NCBI GenBank assembly: GCA_018398765.1
Contig: JAHBMJ010000240.1
Location: 1 to 52,841, forward strand
Length of the DNA stretch: 52,841 nt
Source: Chromera velia
Taxonomy: Eukaryota
Direction: 5' to 3'
Shown one piece after another: positions 1-12,129 of this stretch (positions within the stretch are counted from its first letter, which is position 1; each line of letters starts with the position of its first letter). A program made the translations under genes and the position numbers. The notes beneath the pieces are model-generated. The model was not told where the DNA came from. It saw only the letters and a list, made by a program, of their open reading frames with translations, and did no database searches.

Positions 1-2
1 CT

Positions 3-558
3 GGCACTTATATTGGGTTACAGGTTTCAACACCCCCTATACATAAGGGTATACCCCCCTGTAATGTTACCCTTACTGCAAAAGTGGTTCCAATCGATCA
101 ATCTCATCAGGTTACGTCTAAAAATATTGAAAACATCTTCTGTTGATTGAGGTTACATGAGAAACTGACGAAAAACGATGTGTTCCTTTCACTTTGTAGC
201 CAAACCCCTTGTAACCTTGTAACCTGTAACCTAAAATGACCCTCTTCAAAAATGATGTAACCTTCGTCTACATGCATTTTAAAGTGTTTTTGAAGTGATT
301 TAAAGAGTTTTTGAAAGTTGACTTTTTGGTTGGTTACGGACCTCAAGACCGCCTGTAACCTTGTAACCTGTAACCTTGCAAGGGGACATATATAATAAGA
401 GGTGTAACCTCATGTAACCACATAAGCTATACAGTAAAAGTGATTGATTTTGAAGTAACTCAACATGTCAGACCTCTAGCTTGTGTGAAAAGCTCGTCCA
501 AATGTTTTTTGGTTCATTTTTTATGTCATTTTTGCACTTGTAACCCTATATGAGCCCA
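3..558. mobile_element. Degenerate MITE / non-autonomous DNA transposon with subterminal TGTAACC repeats
   Basis: Left end CTTATATTGGGTTACA (7-22) matches the reverse complement of the right end TGTAACCCTATATGAG (539-554) at 14/16. TGTAACC/GGTTAC motifs recur inside (e.g. 210-231, 354-376). The left flank is cut by the window edge, so no TSD can be checked. Confidence 0.45.
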
Positions 559-3500
559 AGAATGCCCCCCTCTAGTCTTTCCTCAAAAAGCTTCTTTTAG
601 GGACGTTGGCTTGCCCGGGGTCTACAGAAGCACACCCTCCCTACCTGACAGCAGGGTCTGTCATTCGACGGCCGCAAGCTTCCCATTGCAAGGTCTTACG
701 TTTCCGCAGCTCTCCACTAATCTTTCGTACCCCCCAGAAAGAAAGAACGAGACGGAAATGCTAGACAGAAAGAGCAACAGAGAACAAGATACAGTCAGGC
801 CTACGCGGTATCCGTGTGGCCATATGTACGCATACATCTTGGAGTCCACGCGGATGTATGCGCTCACAGTCGTTTACTCTACTCTTTTTTTTTTTTTATC
901 TCCCTCTCTTTTGCTCTCTTACTTCTCATTCCCGCTTTGCTTTCCCCTCTTTATCTTCTTTCTTTTTCCGAGGCGCTAGTTTCGCACCAATGCGGCAAAG
1001 CCAGACGAGCGAACGCGGCTACATAGAGTTAAAAGCAGAAGGACATACATTCAACAACACACTCTGCATAACATTGTCAAGAGTTCGTTTCGATACAGCC
1101 AGTAGAAAAGGCAGCCACTGTGAGAAGATAGAGTCTCAGAAGCAAACGGTCAAAACTGGGAAAAGAAAAGGACAGACCGATCGGCCCTTCACAGAGCAAC
1201 AAACAGACTCAGAGGGACACGTGCGGCCAACTAAAAAACTAACGGGACAAAAGTTTAGGCATACACGTACGCATATACACACTCCCACCACATCAGATCT
1301 TCACATTCTAAACCATCCACGTAAACGGGTATAAACAAGATAGTATGAAAGGGCACCAAAAGGCAGTAAAACAGAAAGCGGAGACGGGGCTAATGCAAAA
1401 ATTGTAAGAGGGACAGACAGGCTCATTCCGACAAATTCCCGCTCTCCAAACTCTTGCGCAGTTCCACCGTTTCCTTTTTCTCTCGTTTGTCTTTCATGCT
1501 GCCTTCGTTTCCCTTGAAGTGGGACGGAAAAATAAAGCTGCACCTCCCACACCTCCGTGGTCTCAAAACAAAGACGCAGATCGAACACCACTAACGACAA
1601 AGTGATCAAAAAGAAAGAGGCAGAACTGGCGGAAGGAAAGAGGTAGCCAACTCCGTTTCCTAACTTTGTTTCACCTTCTCTCACTCTCTCTCTCTCTTTC
1701 TCAGACCGGCTTGCTGGAAAGAAGTAGGCGATAGACAGAATAATATGCCTGCAATCAATCCCCTTCCAGCTCTCTTTTCTGAATGCAAGTAGATGGGCAA
1801 ACAGAGGTACGAACAAAACATGAAGAGACGGCAAAACTAGAGGGTAACAGCAGAAAGCCTCACACACATCTATCCATATCATTTCCTCTTCTCTCTTCTA
1901 TATCTCACTTCCTTTCCAAAGACTGCATGCGCATCTCTTCGGTCGTTATCACCAACACCGTAGATCGACCTAACACAATAGATACAGACCGGGGCAAGCA
2001 ACCGAAAGCACTGGAGCTACATGAGAGAGAGACACAGCAAACCTTGCATTCCGACATGAAGTGAGAGATGGACAGAAAGTGACAGAGGCAGGGAAAGGCA
2101 AATTAAGACAACAGACATCAACGAATGAAAGGCACCCGGTCAAACCTATCGGAGGGAGACGCCTGGTAGTACATCGTCTGGCTCCATGCAGATGCTCACG
2201 CAGAGACGGCTAGCTCCACCAAAGCCCCCATCAACTCCCGTGCTGCGAGGAGGAGAGGCGATACCCAGAGAACCCAGAGGGCCTCCAAAGCACCGGCATC
2301 CTCCTGCAGGGAGAAGATAGAGAAAGCACAAAGAGACATGCATGGGCTATCCCCTCGTTTTCTTTTTTCTTCTTCTTCTTTTCTCATTGAACCGAACATC
2401 TCTTTCAAGATTTTTTCTCTCTTTGCTCCTCCTCTACTCATCTTTTCTCCACCTTTTCCAGTTTCTTTTTCTTAAAGAAAGAAACCAGGGATAACCCAAA
2501 ATATTTTAAATCGGCAGAAAGAAGCAAGAAGGAGACAACGAATGAAGGCGCCCCCTCGTGCGCTCGTACTCTCAGCCACATGAGGGGTCTGACTCCCAAG
2601 TCACGCACAAAGAAGAGAAGCCGAGAGAGAAGAAAGGTCACTCTTCTAAAAAGAGCTCCAGAAGTTCCGAATGCGTGGCACAATGACTCATGTGGCGTTT
2701 GGCTTGTTCTTTTCGCAGTCTGCCTCTTTGACGCTCAGCTCTGCAATGAGCTCACTCCCTCTCCAAGTTCAGTACAGGGGTGCAAGGGCGGTCACAGGCA
2801 GTCGCAGGCACACGCAGGCATAAGCACATGGCGGCGATAATCAAGCATTTCTCTGCCCTTTTCATACATAGCTGATGTAGGGGTAGGCAATCGAGTTGAA
2901 GTTCTCGTCGACAGAAGGACTTAACGGTCTCGTCGAGCACAAACACATACATATACAAACATACTCCACGCGTGTCAGTAGCTGCATAAAGGGAGGGAGA
3001 GAAGGGACCAAACACATTGCAGACTGCCCTGCTGGTCTCTTTTTATCTCGTCTCTTCTTTCTGTCTCATTTTATCCCCTTGCTGCTCCTTTTGATATATG
3101 AATTCTCAACTCTAGACAAAAAACGCTCTAGTCACAGTCAGTCGCTAGTACTTCACATGCTCTCGGCCAGCCTTGAGTCGATTCGCCTCCCCACCCCGAA
3201 GCAACCCCTCTCTCCCCCTCTTTCCCCCCCTTTTCCCCTCCCTTTCCCTTCCCCTTTATCCCCTCTTTTCCCTCCCCTTCCCTTTCCTTCCCCCACGACC
3301 CCCTCTTGCCCTTCCCTGTTAGTTGAAAATGTGCCGGCGCCGGCGAGAGACGAAGTGCGCACTAGCAGCCACCATGTGCCCTACTCTGTCTCTCGGTACG
3401 TCTGCCGCAACCCTTTTACCTCTCTTACTGTCAAGGGCAGGCTCGATATCATTTTGTACCCCTTTCTTACTTTCCCTCCTTCCTACTCCAGGCTTACCGC

Positions 3501-5726
3501 ATCGGAGTCCCAGAGCAAAAGGCCTTCCCCGGCCGGCACACCGGCCATCACTGCGCTGGTCCATGTAGTATGCCGTCATCTGTCCCTTTTGTCTATTAAA
3601 TATGCATGCTGAGTCTCACATACCCGATCGAACGGCCACTCATCAAACGATCCACACGATAGCCGGACAGCCAGAAGCGACAAGCTCTCTCTCTCTGAAG
3701 AAAATGGTAGCCTCGCAGATAGATGGGAGAGATGAAGGGTGTCTTTTTATGTTTGAACGCTCTCGGAGGACCAGTCCAGACAGACCCAGATACGCTGGAG
3801 GTGTTTACAGGCCACAAAGGTGGTCAGCTTTGCGCAGACAAACAAGCAACCAACAGCAAAGACAAGTGAGGGTGATCAGCTGACACTTATCCGGAAGATA
3901 GAGACAGTTACAGAATCAAAAGGCATAAAAAAAGCACTCTACTGGCCGTTCGAATTATGATGTGCTCGTAGGCGGCATTTTCAATGAAATCAAGCTCCTC
4001 AAAGTCCCGACTAATACTAAGCAACGTCTCTACCATCGGCTTTGGCGACCTTCAACAATCTTCGGGCTCTCCACCCAAGGACAAAGGCAAAGTCCAGGAT
4101 CGGACTTGAAAGGGGTCTCCGAAAGAGGATCCCAGGCAGTTTGGGACGCAAGGAGATGCTGAATTCCCCCATTCATGGTCTCTGCCTGACTGTGCCCGTA
4201 TCGATATGTTGTAATTGGTTTTCTACTGTTGTGCAAGGATAGATCTGATTTTTATCACAGAGGGTACACGAAAGTCGACACTCATTGAGCTGAGCGTTCA
4301 CCACAATGCTTTATCCCCCCTGTTTGGCTACTTTATGGTGTCTAGACAGAAGGTAAAGCAAGGACAAGAACCTTAGGGAAGATCTAGAGAAGGAAGGTGA
4401 GCAACACTCATTCAGGCAGCAGTTTACAGAAGGTTTAGCTCTAGAGCGATCTGGGATTCCAATCAGCTAGGTTCATTTTAGTCCGTACGGCCAGCACGGA
4501 TCTGATTGAAGGATGGTTGAATGAGATTGCGTTTCTGAAACGCTTTAGGCCAACGATGTATTGAATATGTTTACATGTGTATCTTCCTTATTTCGATTCT
4601 TTTTGTCCTATTGATCTTCGATCGAACGTCTCTTTTACGTAGCACACAGAGCCAGAAGCGATAGAAAAAAGACAGTGGCGAGACCGAAGGGGGGGGTTGC
4701 GCGTGATGTTGTGTGTTGGAATTGCGGTTGCTCGTCTGGCATGTCAGGATTGAGAGTGTGCGCATTGGTACTGCGGCCTGTGCCAGGACGATTTTAAATT
4801 GTGCGCGCGACCGATCGTTCACGGGGTGGTGTTTGAGCCATGCCGAGATTTATTGATTTTTCGCGCCGTACGTGTATTTGGCATCGAATTGGCATGCATC
4901 CGTCTATCTATACATGCGTACTGAGATACAGGCATGTGAGATTTCGAGTAGAAGGACTGCTCTTCCACTGAACACAGTGCTGCCGCCTACTAGCACAGTG
5001 CGGAGACGGTTAGGACATACGTTACAGCTGTCTGAAGTAACGCGATTTCTAAGGTAACACTAATTCTAATTCTATCATTACACAATTTCTACTTATGCTT
5101 CTCTCTGTTCCTCTCTCTCGGAGTCTTAGACTCCCAATTTATGACAAACAGACATTAGCCTCAAACGATCCTATCCGTTGCCTAGTCCGTTGTTCGAGTG
5201 ATATGTTGCATGCTTGAATACGAAGGTTAGACTCGACTTCAACAACTTTGATCGACGCACGCGATATGTACGAAGCAAAGCGTGGCGGCGGAGCCTGGCG
5301 TCGGCATGCGGGCTCATTTAGATATAGTGCATGCGAGGGTCTAGAGGGCGGCGCCACAGGGTAGGACTCCACAGAAGACCGATATACACGCATATACAAT
5401 GCAACAAAAAAAATCATTATCACAAAAAAAATAAAATAAAGGTTAATCACTGCTAGAATCACTGGGTCATGTATATGCAAACTATGTCTGATAGTCCTGT
5501 TTTTTACTTTTACTATTCTTATAACTATTCTTAGTTATCTAGACTGCCATGAAGAGACTTAGTGAGTCTTAGTACTGAATTCTGACTCTACAGGGAGAAG
5601 CTAATTTAGGTGTCGCTCCAACGGTTTCAATGTCTTCTTGTGACTATTGCTAGGACTATTGATCGATCAACATCGATCAATAACATGTAGCTTGGAGACG
5701 CAATGATGCTCGCAAATGCCAAAAAT

Positions 5727-6060
5727 TAGGGCTGGTAATATCAATTTAATTGATTGCATGATTAATCGGTGGTAATCGGTAGTCAATTAGGGCTTACTAA
5801 TCGATTTGCCGATTATCCAAGCCGAGGTCCACATTAATGTGGTTTCCCCCCCCCCCCCCCCTGCCATGAAAACCCCTCCAATTGCTCGATCTCGAGCACG
5901 GTGTGATAAAGGAGGACCGGGAGGAGTGTAGAGCGTTCAGCCCCCTCTTAGAGGAGCCCTGGCACCTATTCTCCAGTTAATCGATTTCTCCCGAGTAATC
6001 GATGTCCCAAGTGCTAATCGATTATCGATTTTATATTTGAATCGAACATTACCAGCCCTG
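5727..6060. mobile_element. hAT-type MITE (334 bp)
   Basis: TIRs TAGGGCTGGTAAT ... ATTACCAGCCCTG, flanked by a perfect 8-bp TSD CCAAAAAT (5719-5726 and 6061-6068). Subterminal TAATCG/CGATT repeats at both ends. Confidence 0.85.
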
Positions 6061-6080
6061 CCAAAAATAATCAATAACAG

Positions 6081-6506
6081 GATACACCTAACCAGTTGGG
6101 TAAGTGCCTTGGGGAGCCATTTAGGGGGTCCGCTAATTTGATTGATGCACACCATCGGAGGCTTGGGCATGTTTTATATGTATGTATAGGGCGGGAGCCA
6201 CGGCAAAGCATATAAAGTATGCTTTTCGGGACCGCGCACGATCGAGTATTAGTACTTGCAACTCCATGCAAGTTACTTGAGGGGCACGTATGTACGAAGT
6301 AATCAAGGCATGTGCAATCACGGCTTTGTACGAGTTGTTTGAGAGGTACATTTTGGAATTCAGGCAACACCGACCGACCGACCGTCACAGACAGAGAGAG
6401 AACCGATATCCGTCCCCCCAAAATAAAAAAATATGTTATGCAAGTGTGTACGATCTCAGAGCCTCTTAGCTGATCTCAGCAGAGCTGAGCTGCCCCCCAA
6501 GGCGAT
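6081..6506 (-). mobile_element. Helentron-associated non-autonomous element (HINE/DINE-1-like), full copy
   Basis: On the minus strand: 5' subTIR GCCTTGGGGGGC, short hairpin CTCAGC-TCT-GCTGAG, (GTCG/GTCT)n microsatellite, core, 3' subTIR GCTCCCCAAGGC, terminal hairpin TACCCAAC-TG-GTTAGGTG, then TATC. Homologous, inverted, to 10653-11094. Confidence 0.65.
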
Positions 6507-7512
6507 TCCAATTGGAGGGCTGAGGCTCTCGCGCGTGCTGCCTGTGCATGTGAGCGAAGAGCATGCATGCACAGTTTTTAATTTAAATATAATTTTTTTT
6601 TTATCGTTTTTGTTAGATGCAAATGCTAGGCTTACNTATTGATTTTTCGCGCCGTACGTGTATTTGGCATCGAATTGGCATGCATCCGTCTATCTATACA
6701 TGCGTACTGAGATACAGGCATGTGAGATTTCGAGTAGAAGGACTGCTCTTCCACTGAACACAGTGCTGCCGCCTACTAGCACAGTGCGGAGACGGTTAGG
6801 ACATACGTTACAGCTGTCTGAAGTAACGCGATTTCTAAGGTAACACTAATTCTAATTCTATCATTACACAATTTCTACTTATGCTTCTCTCTGTTCCTCT
6901 CTCTCGGAGTCTTAGACTCCCAATTTATGACAAACAGACATTAGCCTCAAACGATCCTATCCGTTGCCTAGTCCGTTGTTCGAGTGATATGTTGCATGCT
7001 TGAATACGAAGGTTAGACTCGACTTCAACAACTTTGATCGACGCACGCGATATGTACGAAGCAAAGCGTGGCGGCGGAGCCTGGCGTCGGCATGCGGGCT
7101 CATTTAGATATAGTGCATGCGAGGGTCTAGAGGGCGGCGCCACAGGGTAGGACTCCACAGAAGACCGATATACACGCATATACAATGCAACAAAAAAAAT
7201 CATTATCACAAAAAAAATAAAATAAAGGTTAATCACTGCTAGAATCACTGGGTCATGTATATGCAAACTATGTCTGATAGTCCTGTTTTTTACTTTTACT
7301 ATTCTTATAACTATTCTTAGTTATCTAGACTGCCATGAAGAGACTTAGTGAGTCTTAGTACTGAATTCTGACTCTACAGGGAGAAGCTAATTTAGGTGTC
7401 GCTCCAACGGTTTCAATGTCTTCTTGTGACTATTGCTAGGACTATTGATCGATCAACATCGATCAATAACATGTAGCTTGGAGACGCAATGATGCTCGCA
7501 AATGCCAAAAAT

Positions 7513-7857
7513 TAGGGCTGGTAATATCAATTTAATTGATTGCATGATTAATCGGTGGTAATCGGTAGTCAATTAGGGCTTACTAATCGATTTGCCGATT
7601 ATCCAAGCCGAGGTCCACATTAATGTGGTTTCCCCCCCCCCCCCCCCNCCCCCCTCCCTGCCATGAAAACCCCTCCAATTGCTCGATCTCGAGCACGGTG
7701 TGATAAAGGAGGACCGGGAGGAGTGTAGAGCGTTCAGCCCCCTCTTAGAGGAGCCCTGGCACCTATTCTCCAGTTAATCGATTTCTCCCGAGTAATCGAT
7801 GTCCCAAGTGCTAATCGATTATCGATTTTATATTTGAATCGAACATTACCAGCCCTG
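7513..7857. mobile_element. hAT-type MITE, copy inside the duplicated segment
   Basis: Same TIRs and CCAAAAAT TSD (7505-7512, 7858-7865) as 5727-6060. Confidence 0.8.
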
Positions 7858-7877
7858 CCAAAAATAATCAATAACAG

Positions 7878-8303
7878 GATACACCTAACCAGTTGGGTAA
7901 GTGCCTTGGGGAGCCATTTAGGGGGTCCGCTAATTTGATTGATGCACACCATCGGAGGCTTGGGCATGTTTTATATGTATGTATAGGGCGGGAGCCACGG
8001 CAAAGCATATAAAGTATGCTTTTCGGGACCGCGCACGATCGAGTATTAGTACTTGCAACTCCATGCAAGTTACTTGAGGGGCACGTATGTACGAAGTAAT
8101 CAAGGCATGTGCAATCACGGCTTTGTACGAGTTGTTTGAGAGGTACATTTTGGAATTCAGGCAACACCGACCGACCGACCGTCACAGACAGAGAGAGAAC
8201 CGATATCCGTCCCCCCAAAATAAAAAAATATGTTATGCAAGTGTGTACGATCTCAGAGCCTCTTAGCTGATCTCAGCAGAGCTGAGCTGCCCCCCAAGGC
8301 GAT
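7878..8303 (-). mobile_element. HINE-like element, copy inside the duplicated segment
   Basis: Identical to 6081-6506. Confidence 0.6.
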
Positions 8304-8499
8304 TCCAATTGGAGGGCTGAGGCTCTCGCGCGTGCTGCCTGTGCATGTGAGCGAAGAGCATGCATGCACAGTTTTTAATTTAAATATAATTTTTTTTTTA
8401 TCGTTTTTGTTAGATGCAAATGCTAGGCTTACCTAGGGGCCTAAGCCCAGTCACCATCGTCTCTAGGGGCCTACATTGCTGCAATCGATCCTGCTGAAC

Positions 8500-10590
8500 T
8501 GAAATACCCCTCTACTGCCTGTTTACGAGGTCGCCGCTCCCCCTGTATGCAGTAGACGGATGCTTACAGGATCGTTCTTTGCATGCAAGCTTTGACTGCA
8601 CCCCCCACTCTCGTTGCTGACATCCCCGTCTCTGGCAGATTTCACAGACTGCCACTCTCAAGACAGCTATTACTGCCGGAGCAAGTACTTCATCGGTGGA
8701 GGCCACAAACGGTACGAAATCCGTGCGGGCCTCTACGTACGCTCTCCAGTATAACCCATTCTTCTGCCTTTCATGTGCAGTAAGAATCTCTGCAACACTC
8801 AGCTGGAGATAGCTCTACTGATCACAGTCAGCCAGCCGAACATCAAGGACTGCGTTGCGCTGAGAGTTCAATAGTGAACGAATCCTCAGATTCCCTTCTA
8901 ACCCTGGTAACCCTCTCGTCCCCTCCCCCCTCCTTCGGATCACTGCATCGAGAGTGACCCAAAACCCTGCCTCTTCTAGTAACGCTTTTAGTGCCAACAC
9001 TGCCTCATCATGCCTTCTGTGCACTAACCCCCCCCTCTTGTATGCCTCTGCATGTCGGGTGCTCCAGACCTGCCCATAGCCATCACACCTTTTAGGTGCA
9101 TCCGTCAACTCAGCTCCAAGACACAGAGCCATAGCGTCACGAAATACCAAAGGGGAAAGGTTGGCGTTATCGTTCTCCCTTGGAATCATGTTCAGCCACG
9201 TACTTGTGCCTCCTTCTTTTTGACGTTGTGCTGCATGCCTGCAGGTTTTAAACTTGGGTTGCAAGCTTGCCCACATTGTTAACCCCCCACACACTCTTTC
9301 TGCCCACTACACCTTCCGTTGTTTGAACCCTTCTATTGCCTTTTCCACACAGTGTCACTCCCTATGAAAACGCCGTTCGTACTTTCGGTGGTGCACAATT
9401 GAACACACAAGCCAGCTGACTGCCTATTTGGAGGCTGCTGCTAGGTCTCCAGCTTTTTTTGCTGCTGTTGGGGGGATGAGTCCGATTCTTCCTAGGATTC
9501 TTCTGTCTTTGGTTGGTAAGCCCAGCACTTTGCTTTCAAATGGGCCCACCGGTCTCCCCACCATCACAGGGAGGAAGTCTCCTGCAATGGCTGCCTCCAC
9601 CCCTCCTATTTCTTCGTGTACGATTGAGGATACTCTAAACAAATACGTCCACTCCGTCTGAAACGATCAGTAAAGGCACGTATAGGCCTCGTGGGGTGCC
9701 TTCATGGCGGCCTCTGCCAGCGCTTTCACTGTTCCTTCCCATACTTCACACTTCTCTTTCATAAACTGTCTCTCCCCTTCCTCTGTACCTACCCACACTC
9801 CCAGGTGCCTTTTGCCTTTGCACATGACTTATACCGTAATATGCCTTTCTTCTTGAAATACTTTCTAACTTCTTGAAAGTTCTTCTATTTGCTTTTTTCC
9901 CTTCAGCACCGCTACTGACTTGCTGTCTCTCAGAAAAACTCCGTATGGTCCCCTTTTTTTTTCATGTATGTGTAGCTCTCTGCTGTAGCCTCTGCTCCCT
10001 TTGATACACCAACAAGAGCCGCTTCTTCTAGGCCTCCTCCTTCCTGCTCTCTATCTTTCCCCCCTTCCCGATCTTCCTCCTCTTCCTCAATCTTTTCTCT
10101 TTCTTTCTTCTCTTCTTCATTCCCCTCTCCCTCTCCCTCCCCCTCTCCCTCTCTCTCTCCCCCNTTCCCCTCCCCCCCCGGAGAAATCATCTGCATACAA
10201 ACTGGCCGACTAGACAATCCCCTTTGCCTATCCCCACTTCCTTGTATGCTTTTGGAGGTCTCTTACGAGTGGGAGCGTTGCAATGGCATAGATCAGCATG
10301 GAGAGGGGATCTTCTTGCACCGTCTCCTCTTTATAGAGGAAAACTGTGGTAGCTCTTTCCCCCCTCACAATCACGACCGCCCCCCCCCCTGTATATGTTG
10401 AAGATGAACTGTGCTGCTGATGGCCAGAGGATTTGAACGTTCCAGAGGCGTAATATCCGGTTGAGCCTCTGAAACGCTCCCACTGCATCCTTACACAGGA
10501 TGACATCTCCATCCTGCGTATCTGCCCACAACATCCAAAGGTGTGCTGCCCCTGCTTCGACTCCCGCTTTCTGCCCTGCTGACAGTTTTT
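8500..10590 (-). mobile_element. Decayed CRE-like (restriction-like endonuclease clade) non-LTR retrotransposon, RT plus RLE fragments
   Basis: Minus-strand translation gives, in order: AGVEAGAAH, DAVGAFQRLNR, QEDPLSMLIYA, LYADDFS (YADD at 10186-10197), GPYGVF, HLGVWVG, QTEWTYLFR, a degenerate Zn-knuckle RCDG..H..KRGGLVHRRHDE, and RLE-like VLDVRLAD and FVPFVASTD. Multiple stops and frameshifts. Confidence 0.85.
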
Positions 10591-10652
10591 ATTAATAATT
10601 GTCGCGGCTGGTTGCATGATTATTCGATCCAAAAAAATTTGCATGCATGCAT

Positions 10653-11094
10653 ATCGCCTCGAGGGGCAGCTCAGCTCTGCTAAGATCAGCCGAGAGGCCC
10701 TGAGATCGCACGCACTCGCATAACGCATTTTTTCATTTTTGGGGGGGGGGTCGTTTCTATCTCTGTCCGTCACGGTGTCGCCTGAATTCCAAAATATGCC
10801 CCTTAAGCAACTTGCACGGAGCCGCGATCGTACATATACCTAATACCTTAATTACTTCGCACATGTGTGCCCCTCAAGTAGCTCACACGGAGTTGCAAGT
10901 GCATGCTCGCGCGGTCCCAAAAAGCATACTTCCGATATTATTACTTCGTAGCACTGCGCGTTGCCGTGGCCTCCGCCCCATGCATACATGCACCTGCACA
11001 AAATATGCCCAAGCCTCCGATGGTGTGCATCAATCAAATTAGCGGACCCCCTAAAGGGCCCCCCGAAGCATTCACCCAACTGGTTCGGTGTATC
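10653..11094 (+). mobile_element. HINE/DINE-1-like element, full copy
   Basis: 5' subTIR GCCTCGAGGGGC (10656-10667), CTCAGCTCTGCTAAG hairpin, TCTGTCCGTC tract, 3' subTIR GCCCCCCGAAGC (11058-11069), hairpin CACCCAAC-TG-GTTCGGTG (11073-11090), TATC. Confidence 0.65.
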
Positions 11095-11096
11095 TC

Positions 11097-11497
11097 ATCG
11101 CCTCGAGGGGCAGCTCAGCTCTGCTGAGATCAGCCGAGAGGCCCTGAGATCGCATGCATTCGCATAACGCATTTTTTCATTTTTGGGGGGGAGGTTCGGT
11201 GTCTGTCTGTTTGTTTGTCTATCACGGTGTCGCCGTAATTCCAAAATATGCCCCTCAAGTAACTTATATGGAGCCGTGATCGTATTAATTACTAGCTTGA
11301 TTATATTATACGATATTACGTTGCTCCTAGCTGATGGTACGTGCCCCTCAAGTAACTCGTACGGAGTTATATGTATATGCACATGTGTGGTCTCGAAAAG
11401 CATATTTTGTGTACGTTACCGTGGCCCCCGCCATGCACTTGCTATATGCATTGCAGGTAAGACATGCCTAAGCCCCCGTATGATGGTTTGCATCAAT
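11097..11497 (+). mobile_element. HINE-like element, second head-to-tail copy, 3'-truncated
   Basis: Restarts with ATCGCCTCGAGGGGCAGCTCAGCTCTGCTGAG 2 bp after the end of the previous copy, contains a GTCTGTCTGTTTGTTTGTCT microsatellite, and loses homology after GCATCAAT (~11497). Confidence 0.6.
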
Positions 11498-12129
11498 GCC
11501 GTGGCCCCCGGCCATGGTATCTGTTAAGGTCCTTAGCCGCACCTATGGAAAAAAAAAGTCGAATTACCAATAAATCGGGTTACATTTGCCTTTTGGGACC
11601 CACGCTTTCCGGCAACTGTACAGCGTATGTATGGTGAACATGCACTTTTTGTCTAACCTTGATGTATCGGTACATATGCAAAAACACACATGGAGGGGAA
11701 TTGTACGTAAATTCGATCATCTATGTAATTTTTAAGGAAGGCGATAAAGCATACCGTCTAAGTGAAGCTGTTCTGAATTACTCCGTTGTTTGACTATGCT
11801 ACCAAGCTCAGTAGCAAATTAAAACATACTGCCTTACAGAGTTAGGAGTAAGCTGTATCATGACTGAGTGCGCTTGACAAAGAGGAAAAACGGTTAATTT
11901 GATCTGCAGGAACCTCTTTTTGCCCGTCTTCTTTCTCTTTACTTGGCCCCTCTTGTCATTCTTCAGCACCTGGTTTCTTGACTTCCTTCTACCTCCACTT
12001 CAGGATTTGGGATGCAAAATACTGTCTATATATAGTGTGTGTTGCTATGGATGCTGTAGTATTTGCTTTGAAATGTTGTAGAGAGGCTCACCGCGTATGG
12101 GTCCAGCGCTTGGTGAGTTCAAGAGGGAA

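Larger units (their letters stand above)
4851..8432. repeat. Tandem duplication of ~1.79 kb (4851-6635 and 6637-8432), likely an assembly artefact
   Basis: The two copies appear identical except for poly-C tract length and are joined by a single N at 6636. Their ORF tracks are identical. Confidence 0.95.

Noticed and set aside
660..4300. Possible multi-exon minus-strand gene
   Set aside because: Several exon-like segments with splice signals exist, but I could not build a consistent frame or recognise a domain.
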